Below are positions 1 to 9,872 of a stretch of DNA of 64,000 nucleotides, piece by piece (positions within the stretch are counted from its first letter, which is position 1; each line of letters begins with the position of its first letter). Below the pieces are notes generated by a model that did not search any database, had not been told where the DNA came from, and saw nothing but the letters and a program-made list of their open reading frames with translations. Origin of the DNA: Pseudobdellovibrionaceae bacterium (GTDB taxonomy: Bacteria; Bdellovibrionota; Bdellovibrionia; Bdellovibrionales; Bdellovibrionaceae). The stretch covers positions 30,668 to 94,667 of the forward strand of contig CANFQX010000012.1 in assembly GCA_947449255.1 (NCBI GenBank), in the 5' to 3' direction. A program made the translations under genes and the position numbers.

Positions 1-419
1 GCCTGCTGGGTGTTGACGTCAGCGGCTTCAGTGGGTTCAAACTTAGTGTCAGCCAGTGATAAGCTGTTGGACATGTGAACGTTTTTTCTTCTTAAGCGCT
101 TTAAAAGGACTCGCAGTAAAAGCTGCACGACCGAGTCCGCAGTTGAAATACGCTCGAGCAGTTGCTGTTTTGTTACAATTCTTAAAGTGACGTCCTCCAG
201 GGCACGAACTGAGGCAGATCGACATTGGTTGTCGATTAAGGACATTTCACCAAATATTTCGCCTTCGCCAAGGATGGACAGGGACACTTCAGCATCATCC
301 TTAGTGACGAAAACTAGCACGCGGCCTTTTTCGATGATATAAGCGCAATCACCGTCGTCATCTTCATTGAAGATGATCTGGTTTTTGAATATATTTACGG
401 AATCGGTAAAGTGAATCAT
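1..419 (-). CDS. Cyclic nucleotide-binding (cNMP/Crp-type) domain protein, 5' part only; runs off the window edge
   Basis: Manual translation from ATG at 419: MIHFTDSVNIFKNQIIFNEDDDGDCAYIIEKGRVLVF...LGEGEIFGEMSLIDNQCRSASVRALED. GEIFGEM...RSASVRA is the cNMP-binding signature. No stop before base 1. Confidence 0.85.
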   Translation of the reverse strand, partial: MIHFTDSVNIFKNQIIFNEDDDGDCAYIIEKGRVLVFVTKDDAEVSLSILGEGEIFGEMSLIDNQCRSASVRALEDVTLRIVTKQQLLERISTADSVVQLLLRVLLKRLRRKNVHMSNSLSLADTKFEPTEAADVNTQQ

Positions 420-430
420 TATTGTCTATT

Positions 431-1954
431 TTAGGGCTGAAAATGCAGATCCGACAAGTCCAGCTGATTCATTTGATTGATCTTCCAGCCCAAAAATTCG
501 GGCTTCACTAAAGTAGAGAAATGAATTGGCCCCATGGGAATCATCACATGGTGGTCTATTAAAATACCAATGCCCCTTGAGCACAGATTTTTCTTGGATT
601 CAAGAGTTGCTGAGGTTTCCATAAGGTCCAGTATTTTTTCAAACTCGGAGGATTGGAAGTGAATATAGTTTTCAGGACTTTTCGTTGAAAAGGTGGTGAG
701 GGCAGAAAGGCAAGTTGGCTTATCTAGAGGAGTTCCTTTTCTAAATAAAGCCGGTGGATCTTTTTGAAGTCCTGCTAAGAAGACTTTGTTTTCTTTTGCT
801 TCAAGATGAACTGCAATTCCGGCATTTTTTTGCCATTGTTCCTGCATCCACTCTGTGCCCCTCTTATGATCTTCGCCGCCCAAGGCCGAAAATTGAAAAG
901 TGAAAGCTTTAGTTTTTTTTGTAAGCTTAACTTTTTTGAGGTCAAAATCATAGCAAGGGGCTTTGTCCGGGAACCAAGAATCTGGAAGTCCTATGCAGCC
1001 TGGTCTTCCTTCCGATTGAAAAATTTTTTGAAGCTCAGAATAGTTCAAGGAATAGATGAACGCCTTTCTGATGTCTTCTTGGCTTGGCGTTGAAAGTTCA
1101 GGGCCAAAGCCGACATAATCAAATCGCATGACGGGGACCCAATGAAAATCTTTTCGGGTTTTATATTTAGGAATAAATATTGTCGGTAAGCGACGCAAAA
1201 ATTGCAGTTCATTTTTTTCATAGAGTTGCAGGGCCACGGCATCTTCAGAGATAAATAAATACTCCACAGGGGGTCTGTTGGGGTGGCCTGCCTTATAAAA
1301 TAAATTGGGATCTAGGACTAACTTCTCGCCTTTTTTCCATTCTTTAATTTTATAGGGGCCTGAGAAGACATTGAGATCCACTTTTGTTGGCGCAAGAATA
1401 AAATTAGCAAGATTGTATTCAAATTCTGAATCAACTGCTTCAAACTCAAACTTCAGGGTCCAAGGATCAGGATTTGTTATTCCAAGAGTTTCTGCTTTTT
1501 TTTGTTTTTTAAAAATACCTTGGGCATTTTTGATTTTGAAAAGCAAATCAGCCCTTGGAATGAGAGAATCAGGATTTAGAATTTTTTTATAAGTGCGAAG
1601 GAAGTCTTCTGAAGTGAGTGGCGTGCCATCGCTCCATTGTAAATTCCTTTTGATCTTACAGGTTAAGATCATTTTTGAACGTGTGCAGCTTTCACCGAGA
1701 TCCGAAGTTAGGCCCTTTTCATCCTCGTACTTATAGATACTGCGAAATAGATTTCCCATTAAATAATTTGAGGATGCTGACTTTTGTTTCTGTGGATCTA
1801 GGCTTGTGGGTTCGCTGATATGCTGTATTTTAAAAACAGGGAGCGCTGTTTTATGTTCTAGATTTGAATCTAGATTTTTTTCAGCGCCCACTGTTTGCAA
1901 AGAATATAATGTACTAACTAAAATGCAAAGCATGAATATCACGGGGTGTCTCAT
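431..1954 (-). CDS. ABC transporter substrate-binding protein, family 5 (OppA-like peptide-binding)
   Basis: 507 aa with N-terminal signal peptide; EPTSLDPQ, WSDGTPLTSEDF and GPYKIKEWKKGEKLVLDPN motifs typical of SBP family 5. Confidence 0.85.
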   Translation of the reverse strand: MRHPVIFMLCILVSTLYSLQTVGAEKNLDSNLEHKTALPVFKIQHISEPTSLDPQKQKSASSNYLMGNLFRSIYKYEDEKGLTSDLGESCTRSKMILTCKIKRNLQWSDGTPLTSEDFLRTYKKILNPDSLIPRADLLFKIKNAQGIFKKQKKAETLGITNPDPWTLKFEFEAVDSEFEYNLANFILAPTKVDLNVFSGPYKIKEWKKGEKLVLDPNLFYKAGHPNRPPVEYLFISEDAVALQLYEKNELQFLRRLPTIFIPKYKTRKDFHWVPVMRFDYVGFGPELSTPSQEDIRKAFIYSLNYSELQKIFQSEGRPGCIGLPDSWFPDKAPCYDFDLKKVKLTKKTKAFTFQFSALGGEDHKRGTEWMQEQWQKNAGIAVHLEAKENKVFLAGLQKDPPALFRKGTPLDKPTCLSALTTFSTKSPENYIHFQSSEFEKILDLMETSATLESKKNLCSRGIGILIDHHVMIPMGPIHFSTLVKPEFLGWKINQMNQLDLSDLHFQP

Positions 1955-1978
1955 TCAATAAGTCTCATAGGATAGAGA

Positions 1979-3151
1979 CTATTTGTCTAACTCCATTTTA
2001 GCAATAGTTTGAAGCTGCATATTGGTTGTTCCTTCATAGATTTGTCCAATTTTTGCATCTCTCCAGAATTTTTCAACTGGATATTCTTTGGTAAAGCCAT
2101 TGCCACCAAATAGATCAATAGCCTTTGAAGTGATTTTTTCGGCTGCACGAGAAGCATAAAGTTTAGCCATCGCAGCAGATTCAATAAAATCCTGACCAGC
2201 GTCTTTCAATCGGGCCGCATTGTAAACCATCAAACGAGCGGCTTCCAATTCTGTGCGCATTTCAGCCAATTGAAATTGCACGCCTTGATAGTGAGCAATG
2301 GGTTTGCCAAATTGCTCACGGTTTTTTACATAGGACAAGGCTGCATCATAGGCCCCTTGAGCAATGCCAACCATTTGGGCGCCAATGCCGATGCGACCTT
2401 CATTTAATGTTTCAATGGCAATTTTATAACCTTTTCCAACTTCGCCAAGAACGTTGGCTTTAGGCACTTCACAGTTTTCAAACAACAATTCAGTGGTGGA
2501 TGAGGCGCGGATGCCGAGCTTGTCTTCTTTTTTTCCAACTTTGAATCCAGGAAAAGATTTTTCAACGATAAAAGCCGTGATCCCTTTGTAGCCTTTTGCA
2601 AAATCAATATTTGCAAAAACAATAAACACATTGGCCTCTTTGCCGTTGGTGATCCAAAGCTTTGAACCATTTAAAAGCCATTTGTCGCCTTTGTCTTCAG
2701 CTTTTAGTTTTAAAGCGAAAGCATCGGATCCTGAAGAAGACTCAGAAAGAGCATAAGCTCCAACCCATTCAGAGGCCATTTTGCTCAGATATTTTGATTT
2801 TTGGTCTTCAGAGCCCCACTTCAGAAAAGCATTGGTCGTCAATGTATTTTGAACGTCAACAAGGACTGAAACAGAGCCATCAACGCGCCCAATTTCTTCA
2901 ACAGCCAAGCAGGCCATTGTGAAGGTCGAGCCAGCGCCGCCCCATTGTTCTGGGGTTTCAATTCCCATTAAGCCCATTTCAAAAAGTTTTTTCAGAACTT
3001 CAGGGTTCATTTCAGCTTTTTCATCCATTTGTGAAACATGGGGTTTGATTTCAGATTCAGCGAAACTTCTGATGGCGTCACGGAAAGCAATTTCGTCCTC
3101 AGAGAGGATAGTGAGTGCTGGACGAGCCTGGGTTGAGTCTGACATATTCAC
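1979..3151 (-). CDS. Acyl-CoA dehydrogenase (short/branched-chain type)
   Basis: YALSESSSGSDA, LNGSKLWITNG, KLGIRASST, GGNGFTKEYPVEKFWRDAKIGQIYEGT motifs. Confidence 0.95.
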   Translation of the reverse strand: MNMSDSTQARPALTILSEDEIAFRDAIRSFAESEIKPHVSQMDEKAEMNPEVLKKLFEMGLMGIETPEQWGGAGSTFTMACLAVEEIGRVDGSVSVLVDVQNTLTTNAFLKWGSEDQKSKYLSKMASEWVGAYALSESSSGSDAFALKLKAEDKGDKWLLNGSKLWITNGKEANVFIVFANIDFAKGYKGITAFIVEKSFPGFKVGKKEDKLGIRASSTTELLFENCEVPKANVLGEVGKGYKIAIETLNEGRIGIGAQMVGIAQGAYDAALSYVKNREQFGKPIAHYQGVQFQLAEMRTELEAARLMVYNAARLKDAGQDFIESAAMAKLYASRAAEKITSKAIDLFGGNGFTKEYPVEKFWRDAKIGQIYEGTTNMQLQTIAKMELDK

Positions 3152-3406
3152 TCCTTCGATCTATTGAAATTCAATTTTTAATATTTTTGCCAAACCATTA
3201 AATAAAAAGATCTAATGAAGCTTAGGCAACAGTAGGTTCTGACCATATAGAGAAGAGTCCTTTTTTTCAAGATCTTGGCAAGAGTTGAGCCCTTCTCTTA
3301 ACAGCATGTGTTACACTGAGTGCACTTAAAATAAGCAAGTTTGCTGTCAGGCTAGACAAGAGTCTAGGCCACCCTTTAAGCTTCAATCTAACATAAGTGA
3401 GTGAAT

Positions 3407-4069
3407 ATGGACCCTATTGAAATTGGCGCTAAAATTGGTATTTATTTTATCCCTTTCCTTTTTGCCCTGTGCTTTCATGAATTCGCACATGGCTGGGTGG
3501 CTCGTCGACGGGGTGATAACACCGCTGAAATGATGGGGCGACTCAGTCTGAATCCACTTGTGCATATGGATTTGGTGGGAACCTTTATTTTACCCTTGAT
3601 GTCGATTATTTTGTCGACACCCATTTTTTTTGGCTGGGCAAAGCCGGTGCCCGTCAATTCACGCAATTTAAAAAATCCCCGCGTTGATATGTTTTGGATT
3701 GCCTTGGCAGGGCCTGCATCGAACATATTCTTGGCCTGTGTGGGCGCGCTCTTGATTGCGGTGATCGCAAAATTTTTCTTAAGCTTCGCTTTTGCCTCGG
3801 CTCTGATTGAAATTTTAAAAGTGTTTATTATAACAAATTTATTTTTGGCTTTTTTTAATTTGATTCCTTTGCATCCCTTGGATGGGGGAAAGATTATGGC
3901 CCGCTTTTTATCGCCCCAATTGAATTATAAATTAGAACAAAATGAACATGTGACAAGCATGATCTTGATGGCCTTGGTGCTCACTGGGGTGTTGCGATTT
4001 TTATCTATTCCTGTTTTTTGGAGTGCTAATCATTTGATTGGAATTGCTATCGGAGGATTCGGTTTATGA
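3407..4069 (+). CDS. Site-2 protease family (M50) membrane metalloprotease
   Basis: HEFAH zinc motif, ALAGPASN, FNLIPLHPLDGG; hydrophobic. ATG at 3407 (track uses GTG at 3401). Confidence 0.92.
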   Translation: MDPIEIGAKIGIYFIPFLFALCFHEFAHGWVARRRGDNTAEMMGRLSLNPLVHMDLVGTFILPLMSIILSTPIFFGWAKPVPVNSRNLKNPRVDMFWIALAGPASNIFLACVGALLIAVIAKFFLSFAFASALIEILKVFIITNLFLAFFNLIPLHPLDGGKIMARFLSPQLNYKLEQNEHVTSMILMALVLTGVLRFLSIPVFWSANHLIGIAIGGFGL

Positions 4070-5094
4070 GTGAGCAGACTTCACCAATTCAGCCAGCGGC
4101 AGCGGCCCGACCAGCTCGTGTGATGTCAGGGATGAGGGTCTCGGGACGCCTTCATATTGGACATTTTTTTGGTGCACTCCAAAATTGGGTGAAGCTGCAG
4201 AGCGAATATGAATGTTTTTTCGGTGCGATGGACTGGCATGGAATGACCACGGCCTACAAATCACCTCAAGAAATCGGACCATGGACTCGAGAAATGATCG
4301 CGGAATTTATTGCCTGGGGAGTTGATCCCGAAAAAAGCACCCTCTTTATTCAAAGTCATGTGCCCGAGCATTTAGAGCTGTTTATGATTTTTGCAAATCT
4401 CACCCCGATGGGTTGGCTCGAGCGAGTCAACACTTGGAAAGATGCTGTGGATGAGATGAAGAGCACAGACACTCACAATTTAGGACGATTTGCTTATCCT
4501 GTCTTGCAAGCGGCTGATATTGCCATTTACAGGGCACAAAAGATTCCAGTGGGAGCCGATCAGGTTGCACACTTAGAAATTTCTCGTGAAATTGTGCGCA
4601 GGTTCAATCATCTGTACAAGGCCAAGTTGCCTGAGATGAATCCGCTCTTGACTGAAGTGCCCTTGGTGACTGGCTTAGATGGTCGTAAGATGTCAAAATC
4701 TTATGGCAACACTTTATATCTGACTGAAGATTCTGAAAAGGATTTAAAGAAAAAAGTGAACATGATGGTGACAGACACCGCGCGAGTTCGCCGCGAAGAT
4801 GTGGGTGAACCAACGCGCTGTTCAGTTTACGGTTATCATAAATTGTATTCAACGACCGAAGATTTAGAGTGGGTTGAGCAAGGGTGCCGTTCTGCTGGAA
4901 TTGGCTGTGGTGACTGTAAAGGTCGATTGGCAGCAAATATAGAAAAGATTTCTGCGGGTCCTCGCGAAAAGAAAAAAGAATTGTTGAACAATTCAAACCT
5001 GCTTGATTCAATTATCAATGCGGGCTGTGAAAAGGCTCGAAAAGAAGCGCAACTGACTTTGAAGATTGTGCGTAAAAGCATGAAGTGGTCTTGA
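4066..5094 (+). CDS. trpS: Tryptophanyl-tRNA synthetase
   Basis: HIGH and KMSKS motifs, YPVLQAADI, VPVGADQ-like IPVGADQ. Confidence 0.97.
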   Translation: MSEQTSPIQPAAAARPARVMSGMRVSGRLHIGHFFGALQNWVKLQSEYECFFGAMDWHGMTTAYKSPQEIGPWTREMIAEFIAWGVDPEKSTLFIQSHVPEHLELFMIFANLTPMGWLERVNTWKDAVDEMKSTDTHNLGRFAYPVLQAADIAIYRAQKIPVGADQVAHLEISREIVRRFNHLYKAKLPEMNPLLTEVPLVTGLDGRKMSKSYGNTLYLTEDSEKDLKKKVNMMVTDTARVRREDVGEPTRCSVYGYHKLYSTTEDLEWVEQGCRSAGIGCGDCKGRLAANIEKISAGPREKKKELLNNSNLLDSIINAGCEKARKEAQLTLKIVRKSMKWS

Positions 5095-5167
5095 TTGATG
5101 TTCAAGCCTAGGGAGCTGATTTGAGTAAGTATAATTCTAGAAGTGTTGGTGAAAAGAGAGCTTCGCT

Positions 5168-6295
5168 ATGAGTATCAATGTTCAATTGCCAAAATTTGAA
5201 GGCCCTTTAGGTTTACTGTTGTACCTCATTCGCAAAGAGGAGATGGATATCATGGATATTAAAATTCATGATATCACCAAGCAGTATTTTGAATATATTA
5301 AGTTGATGAGAGAGCTCGATCTCGAAGTCGCTGGTGAATTTGTGGCGATGGCCTCAACCTTGATTCAGATCAAATCGCGTATTCTTTTGCCTCAATACAA
5401 TGAAAATGGCGAAGTGGTGGAATCAGAAGATCCACGCAAAGAGCTTGTTCAAAAGCTCTTGGAATATCAAAAATACCAAGAGGCTGCCAAGCTTCTTTAT
5501 GAGCGCCCTCTGGTGGGACGTGATGTCTGGTTGCGTGGGACGCGCGAAACACTTGAGCCCAATGCAGATGAAATTGTCTTAGAAGAAAATGCGCTCTTTT
5601 CTTTGATCTCCTCTTACAGAAAAGTATCTCGGGCAATTAAAAAGAAAGTCCATCAGGTCGCTGCAAAAGCGCAGTCTATTGCCAGCCGGGTCATGGAATT
5701 GAAAGATCGCTTGATTGTTGGTCATCGTATCACTTTGATGGAGTTGATCACAGACACCCAAGAAAGAGCTCGTCAGGCCTTGATCACTTTTTTGTCCCTA
5801 CTTGAGCTCGCAAAAATGGGCTATGTCGGGCTTTATCAAACCGAGACTTATGGTGATATTTGGATTGATTCAAAAAAGACCATCGAAAGTGATGTGCTCT
5901 CGCGGGTTGAAGAGTATGATTCGATGAGAGCCGATCAGATTGCTGAAAAGCTGATCGAAGACTCTAAAAAAATGGATCCCCAGGACGAGCTAATCGTTTC
6001 AGGTCTTGCTTCGGGCGGGGAAACTTTACTCAATATTCAAACTGAGCCCTCCTCACAACAATTGGATCTGCTGGATTTTTCAGAGATTCAAAAGTCTGAT
6101 GAGATCTCTATGATAACGACTGATTTGCCAGGAGATTTAATTCCCGATTTTGCCGCGGGCCTAGATTCATTAGATGAAGCTCTGGATCTCAGCGGAATGC
6201 TAACCGCGCAAGATCTTGCTACGGATGAAGATATTTTAGCAGCTGAAAATGACTTATTTACTGAACACTTCAATGATGCAATGGAAGAAGTTTAA
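5168..6295 (+). CDS. scpA: Segregation/condensation protein A with an acidic C-terminal extension
   Basis: FEGPLGLLLYLIRKEEMDI, GEFVAMASTLIQIKSRILLP, DPRKELVQKLLEYQKYQ, ITFLSLLELAK; usual position trpS-scpA-scpB. Confidence 0.93.
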   Translation: MSINVQLPKFEGPLGLLLYLIRKEEMDIMDIKIHDITKQYFEYIKLMRELDLEVAGEFVAMASTLIQIKSRILLPQYNENGEVVESEDPRKELVQKLLEYQKYQEAAKLLYERPLVGRDVWLRGTRETLEPNADEIVLEENALFSLISSYRKVSRAIKKKVHQVAAKAQSIASRVMELKDRLIVGHRITLMELITDTQERARQALITFLSLLELAKMGYVGLYQTETYGDIWIDSKKTIESDVLSRVEEYDSMRADQIAEKLIEDSKKMDPQDELIVSGLASGGETLLNIQTEPSSQQLDLLDFSEIQKSDEISMITTDLPGDLIPDFAAGLDSLDEALDLSGMLTAQDLATDEDILAAENDLFTEHFNDAMEEV

Positions 6296-6296
6296 G

Positions 6297-7790
6297 ATGG
6301 CTAAGAAAAAGAAAAATTCCCAAGTTCCTGAAATTGAAAACCAAAATCAAAATGATGGGGATATGGCAGTATCTCTGAAGAATTCCATCAGAGAAGCCGC
6401 ACAGGCGCTTTTTCAAGATGAAGCCTTAGAATCTTCGCTCGATGAAATTTTAGAAACTGATTCTGAATTAGACACAATGTCTGAAGCCACTCTTGAATTT
6501 GATGCTGATATCGAAGCCGGGGCAGAAGTCTTTTTAACTGAAGATCATCAAGTGTCCGAGGGCTTCTTGCCCGAAGTGACTGAGTTAGAAGCTGATTCCA
6601 TTATTGCAGGATCTGATTCTGAATTTGTGGCCGAAGGGACTGAACTTGATGGATTTGAATCCGCAGAAATTGAAGATTTAGAATTTATTGAAGAAGAGCG
6701 CTTAGAAAGCATCATTGAATCGGTCCTGTTTGCCAGTGATAGACCCGTGAGCCTAGCTTCGCTGAAAATGCTTTTCACCGGCACCAATGTTCGAACTGAC
6801 AAGATCCGCAGAGTGCTAGAGCAATTGTCTGTTGAATTTGCAGGAGGACGCCGTGGCGTCACCTTGGAAGAAGTCCCAGGGGGTTATCAGCTGCGAACTA
6901 AAATTGACAATCTTGAATTCTTAAAGCGCACTTTAAAAACTCGCCAATTCAAATTATCAGGCCCCGCACTCGAGGTTCTGGCCATTGTGGCCTATAAGCA
7001 GCCTGTTGTTAAGTCTGAGGTCGATGAAATTCGCGGCGTTGAATCAGGGCATTTGTTACGCGCTTTAATGGAAAAAAATCTGGTCAATTTTGAGGGAAAA
7101 TCAGACTTCCCAGGGCGACCAATGCAATACGGTACGACAAAAAAATTCTTAGAAATATTTGGTTTACGCAATCTGAAAGAACTTCCAACGCTTTCTCAAA
7201 TCGATGAACTGTTGCCTGAAGGAATTGACGAGCAGCAAGCTGAAGAAAAACCAACTTTAGCTTCCATCACAGATTCGTTGTCAGAGGGAACTCTTTCGGT
7301 CAGTTATTCCTCAGGTGAAGATGAATTGATGAAAATTCAATCTCAACTTGAAGAAATTTCTACTTCTTCAACTTTCTTTGAAGAAGAAAAACGCCGCCAA
7401 GCTGAGAAGCGCGATCAAGAGAGAGCTCAGAATATTCGCGAAGCACTCGCGATGGGAGAGCCGGTTTCAACTCGTGATTCAAACTGGTTGAAAAAATTTG
7501 ATGAAGCCTTAGCCGCGGGGACCAGTCTGATTGCGCTTAAAGAGGCGGAAATGGCTGCTAAAAAAGCTGCACCTAAAGGTGGTGGACTACAAGAAGATGG
7601 ACCTCAAGAAATTCAAGAGGCCATCGCTGCTTTTGAAAGCGATGAAGACGCATCCATGGCCTCTGATGATCAACTCAATCATTTTGAAAATGAAAATGAC
7701 CTGAGTGCTGATCTTGATGCTGATCTTGAAGCGGACGCTGATGAAGAACTGCATTTTTTTGGTGAAGCTGAAGAAATCGATGAAGTTTAA
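6297..7790 (+). CDS. scpB: SMC-Scp complex subunit ScpB with long acidic N- and C-terminal extensions
   Basis: IESVLFAS, GGYQLRT, LSGPALEVLAIVAYKQPV, EIRGVES, GRPMQYGTTKKFLEIFGL...LPTL. Start placed at ATG 6297, just after the scpA stop. Confidence 0.93.
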   Translation: MAKKKKNSQVPEIENQNQNDGDMAVSLKNSIREAAQALFQDEALESSLDEILETDSELDTMSEATLEFDADIEAGAEVFLTEDHQVSEGFLPEVTELEADSIIAGSDSEFVAEGTELDGFESAEIEDLEFIEEERLESIIESVLFASDRPVSLASLKMLFTGTNVRTDKIRRVLEQLSVEFAGGRRGVTLEEVPGGYQLRTKIDNLEFLKRTLKTRQFKLSGPALEVLAIVAYKQPVVKSEVDEIRGVESGHLLRALMEKNLVNFEGKSDFPGRPMQYGTTKKFLEIFGLRNLKELPTLSQIDELLPEGIDEQQAEEKPTLASITDSLSEGTLSVSYSSGEDELMKIQSQLEEISTSSTFFEEEKRRQAEKRDQERAQNIREALAMGEPVSTRDSNWLKKFDEALAAGTSLIALKEAEMAAKKAAPKGGGLQEDGPQEIQEAIAAFESDEDASMASDDQLNHFENENDLSADLDADLEADADEELHFFGEAEEIDEV

Positions 7791-7858
7791 GAGGACTGAA
7801 TCATTGTGATTTTTCTTAGATAAATTAATTGGCTGAAACAAAAGAAAGGCAATGCAAG

Positions 7859-8413
7859 ATGAGAATGAAATTTGTAATTAAAGTTCTTCTCAGTGTTTGG
7901 ATTGTCTACACGATCTTTATTATGTTGGTGATGCCAAATCTGGGATCTTATCTTGGTCGCAGTTCATCTCGCTACATCACGCCCTACGCAAATTCTGTGG
8001 GTTTGAACGCCAATTGGAATTTTTTTTCACCAGATCCAGCTCCAACAATGTACATTCAATTTAGGATCCATTTTTTGGATCCTGAGGGTTATCAAATAAA
8101 AGATTCTGTGGACGGATTTTTTCCTGCAGAAAAAAATCGCAGAATCAGTTCAATATTTCGCCAACGTGAGTTGTATGTCATGCGCTACATGCTGATTGAT
8201 CCGAGAAGGTTAAAGACTTTTATGGGGCCTTGGCTGTGCCGGCAATACCCAGGGGCAACCTCGGTAGAGATGGAGCATGTGGTTGAGACCATTGCAAATT
8301 TAGATCAAATGGTAGTGCTTAAAGGAGAGGGAGTCGAATCCCTTTCAACGGTATTTCAAAATATTCATGAGGTCTTTTCTTGTGTGGATGCTTCAGATGA
8401 GGTGAGTTCATGA
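7859..8413 (+). CDS. DUF5819/SdpA-like single-TM protein, partner of the downstream HTTM protein
   Basis: N-terminal TM helix followed by GLNANWNFFSPDP (W..F.P.P motif of SdpA/DUF5819-like proteins); 4-bp overlap with the HTTM gene. Start (7829/7859/7865) uncertain. Confidence 0.6.
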   Translation: MRMKFVIKVLLSVWIVYTIFIMLVMPNLGSYLGRSSSRYITPYANSVGLNANWNFFSPDPAPTMYIQFRIHFLDPEGYQIKDSVDGFFPAEKNRRISSIFRQRELYVMRYMLIDPRRLKTFMGPWLCRQYPGATSVEMEHVVETIANLDQMVVLKGEGVESLSTVFQNIHEVFSCVDASDEVSS

Positions 8414-9321
8414 TGCAAAGACTTTGGAAGGCGTGGGATCAGTTTTGGTTCAGTCCACAAAATTTGATGGGCGTAGCCCTCATGCGAATTGTCCTTTGTG
8501 GAACAATGTTTTTAAGTTACTTGGTCCGTCAGTGGAAGATGGAATACTATTCAGATTTAAGTTGGATCCCAAGATCCATGGCCCTGGAGGCCATGGGGGA
8601 TCTCTATCGGCCACTTTTTTTATGGAGTTTTTGGCCTGATTCTTTGATGAGCTCTATGCATATTTTGCTTGTCGTCTTACTTGGACTTTTGGCCTTGGGC
8701 ATTGGTGGTCGTTGGATCATGTGGATGGCCTGGATTTTGGATATGGGCTTTATTCAAAGAAATTTTGCTGTCAATTTTGGTGCCGATATTATTGCGGCCT
8801 TGTTTTTGTTTTACCTCTCCTTCACTCAATCCTGTGAAAGATTGAGTGTTTTGAATTTGTTTAATAATAAAAAAGAATTTCGCCAGAGTGATTTCATATC
8901 ATCGATGATGATCCGGATGATTCAGGTTCAGATTTCTGTGATTTACGTCTACACGGGTTGGGAAAAACTCAAAGGTGCTAGTTGGTGGGATGGAACCGCT
9001 CTGTGGAGTGTCATGGCCAATCCGCAAATGACCACGATGAACTTTGAATTTTTAAGAAATATTCCTTGGGTGATTCCGTTGGTTGCCTATATGACTATTC
9101 TCTTTGAAATCTATTTTCCAGCGATGATTGTTTCAAAAAAAATGCGCCTTTCGTGGTTGGTTATGGGAGCCTTATTTCATTTGGGTATAGCGATCTTCAT
9201 AGGGTTATGGAATTTTGCCTTTGTTATGGTCTCAACTTACTTTTTATTTATTGATCCTATTGAACTGAGACTAAAGATCGTCTCAAAGTGGGAAAATTTA
9301 CGAAAAGGATTTCGATTTTAG
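8410..9321 (+). CDS. HTTM-domain membrane protein (SdpB / vitamin K-dependent gamma-carboxylase-like)
   Basis: Multi-TM; QRNFAVNFGAD, QVQISVIYVYTGWEKLKGASWWDGTAL, FHLGIAIFIGL match the HTTM pattern. Confidence 0.8.
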   Translation: MMQRLWKAWDQFWFSPQNLMGVALMRIVLCGTMFLSYLVRQWKMEYYSDLSWIPRSMALEAMGDLYRPLFLWSFWPDSLMSSMHILLVVLLGLLALGIGGRWIMWMAWILDMGFIQRNFAVNFGADIIAALFLFYLSFTQSCERLSVLNLFNNKKEFRQSDFISSMMIRMIQVQISVIYVYTGWEKLKGASWWDGTALWSVMANPQMTTMNFEFLRNIPWVIPLVAYMTILFEIYFPAMIVSKKMRLSWLVMGALFHLGIAIFIGLWNFAFVMVSTYFLFIDPIELRLKIVSKWENLRKGFRF

Positions 9322-9351
9322 CGCTGCTGACTTACTCTATCAGATAGGGGA

Positions 9352-9846
9352 GTGCATATGATTTTTTCGAGATCATTATTTATGTTGATAGCAGCAAGCA
9401 GTATTTTGGCTTGCTCTAATATAAATCAGAATTCATTGCTCACCAACGAAGTAACCAAAGCTTCTGGCAGCGCCGTGAATAAAGTTGCAAATTCCACGGA
9501 TCTGAATCTTTCAGTCAACTTGCCGGCAGAAGGGTTCCGTGTGGGGAGCAATATTAATGATCAAATTGAGCTCAGTGGCGAGTGTTTCTCTTCAACTTAC
9601 CCAATAAATCAGATTATTGCAGTTTTAGGCACAACGCCGCTGACTGTGATCAATGTTCATAATGGCAACGATCAGGACCATTATTGCGTACAGGGTCGCT
9701 TTGATATCATCTTACAAGGAAGTCAATTGACTGCTGTAAATGGTAACAACAACATCAAAGTTTCATTAGTTGGCTATAGCTCGTCCAGGCAAGCAGCCCT
9801 CATTCCTGTCAATGCCTCTCGTACGATCAATATTATTAAAAAATAG
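9352..9846 (+). CDS. Hypothetical lipoprotein
   Basis: Lipobox ILAC at about residue 21; two further Cys (SGEC, YCVQGRF); beta-rich mature part. Confidence 0.7.
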   Translation: MHMIFSRSLFMLIAASSILACSNINQNSLLTNEVTKASGSAVNKVANSTDLNLSVNLPAEGFRVGSNINDQIELSGECFSSTYPINQIIAVLGTTPLTVINVHNGNDQDHYCVQGRFDIILQGSQLTAVNGNNNIKVSLVGYSSSRQAALIPVNASRTINIIKK

Positions 9847-9872
9847 ATAAATTTTAATGATTAAATTGAGTT

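Noticed and set aside
3276-3290. Sigma-54 promoter (TGGCAAGAGTTGAGC)
   Set aside because: GG-N10-GC spacing fits, but the -12 element lacks TTGC; too weak to call.
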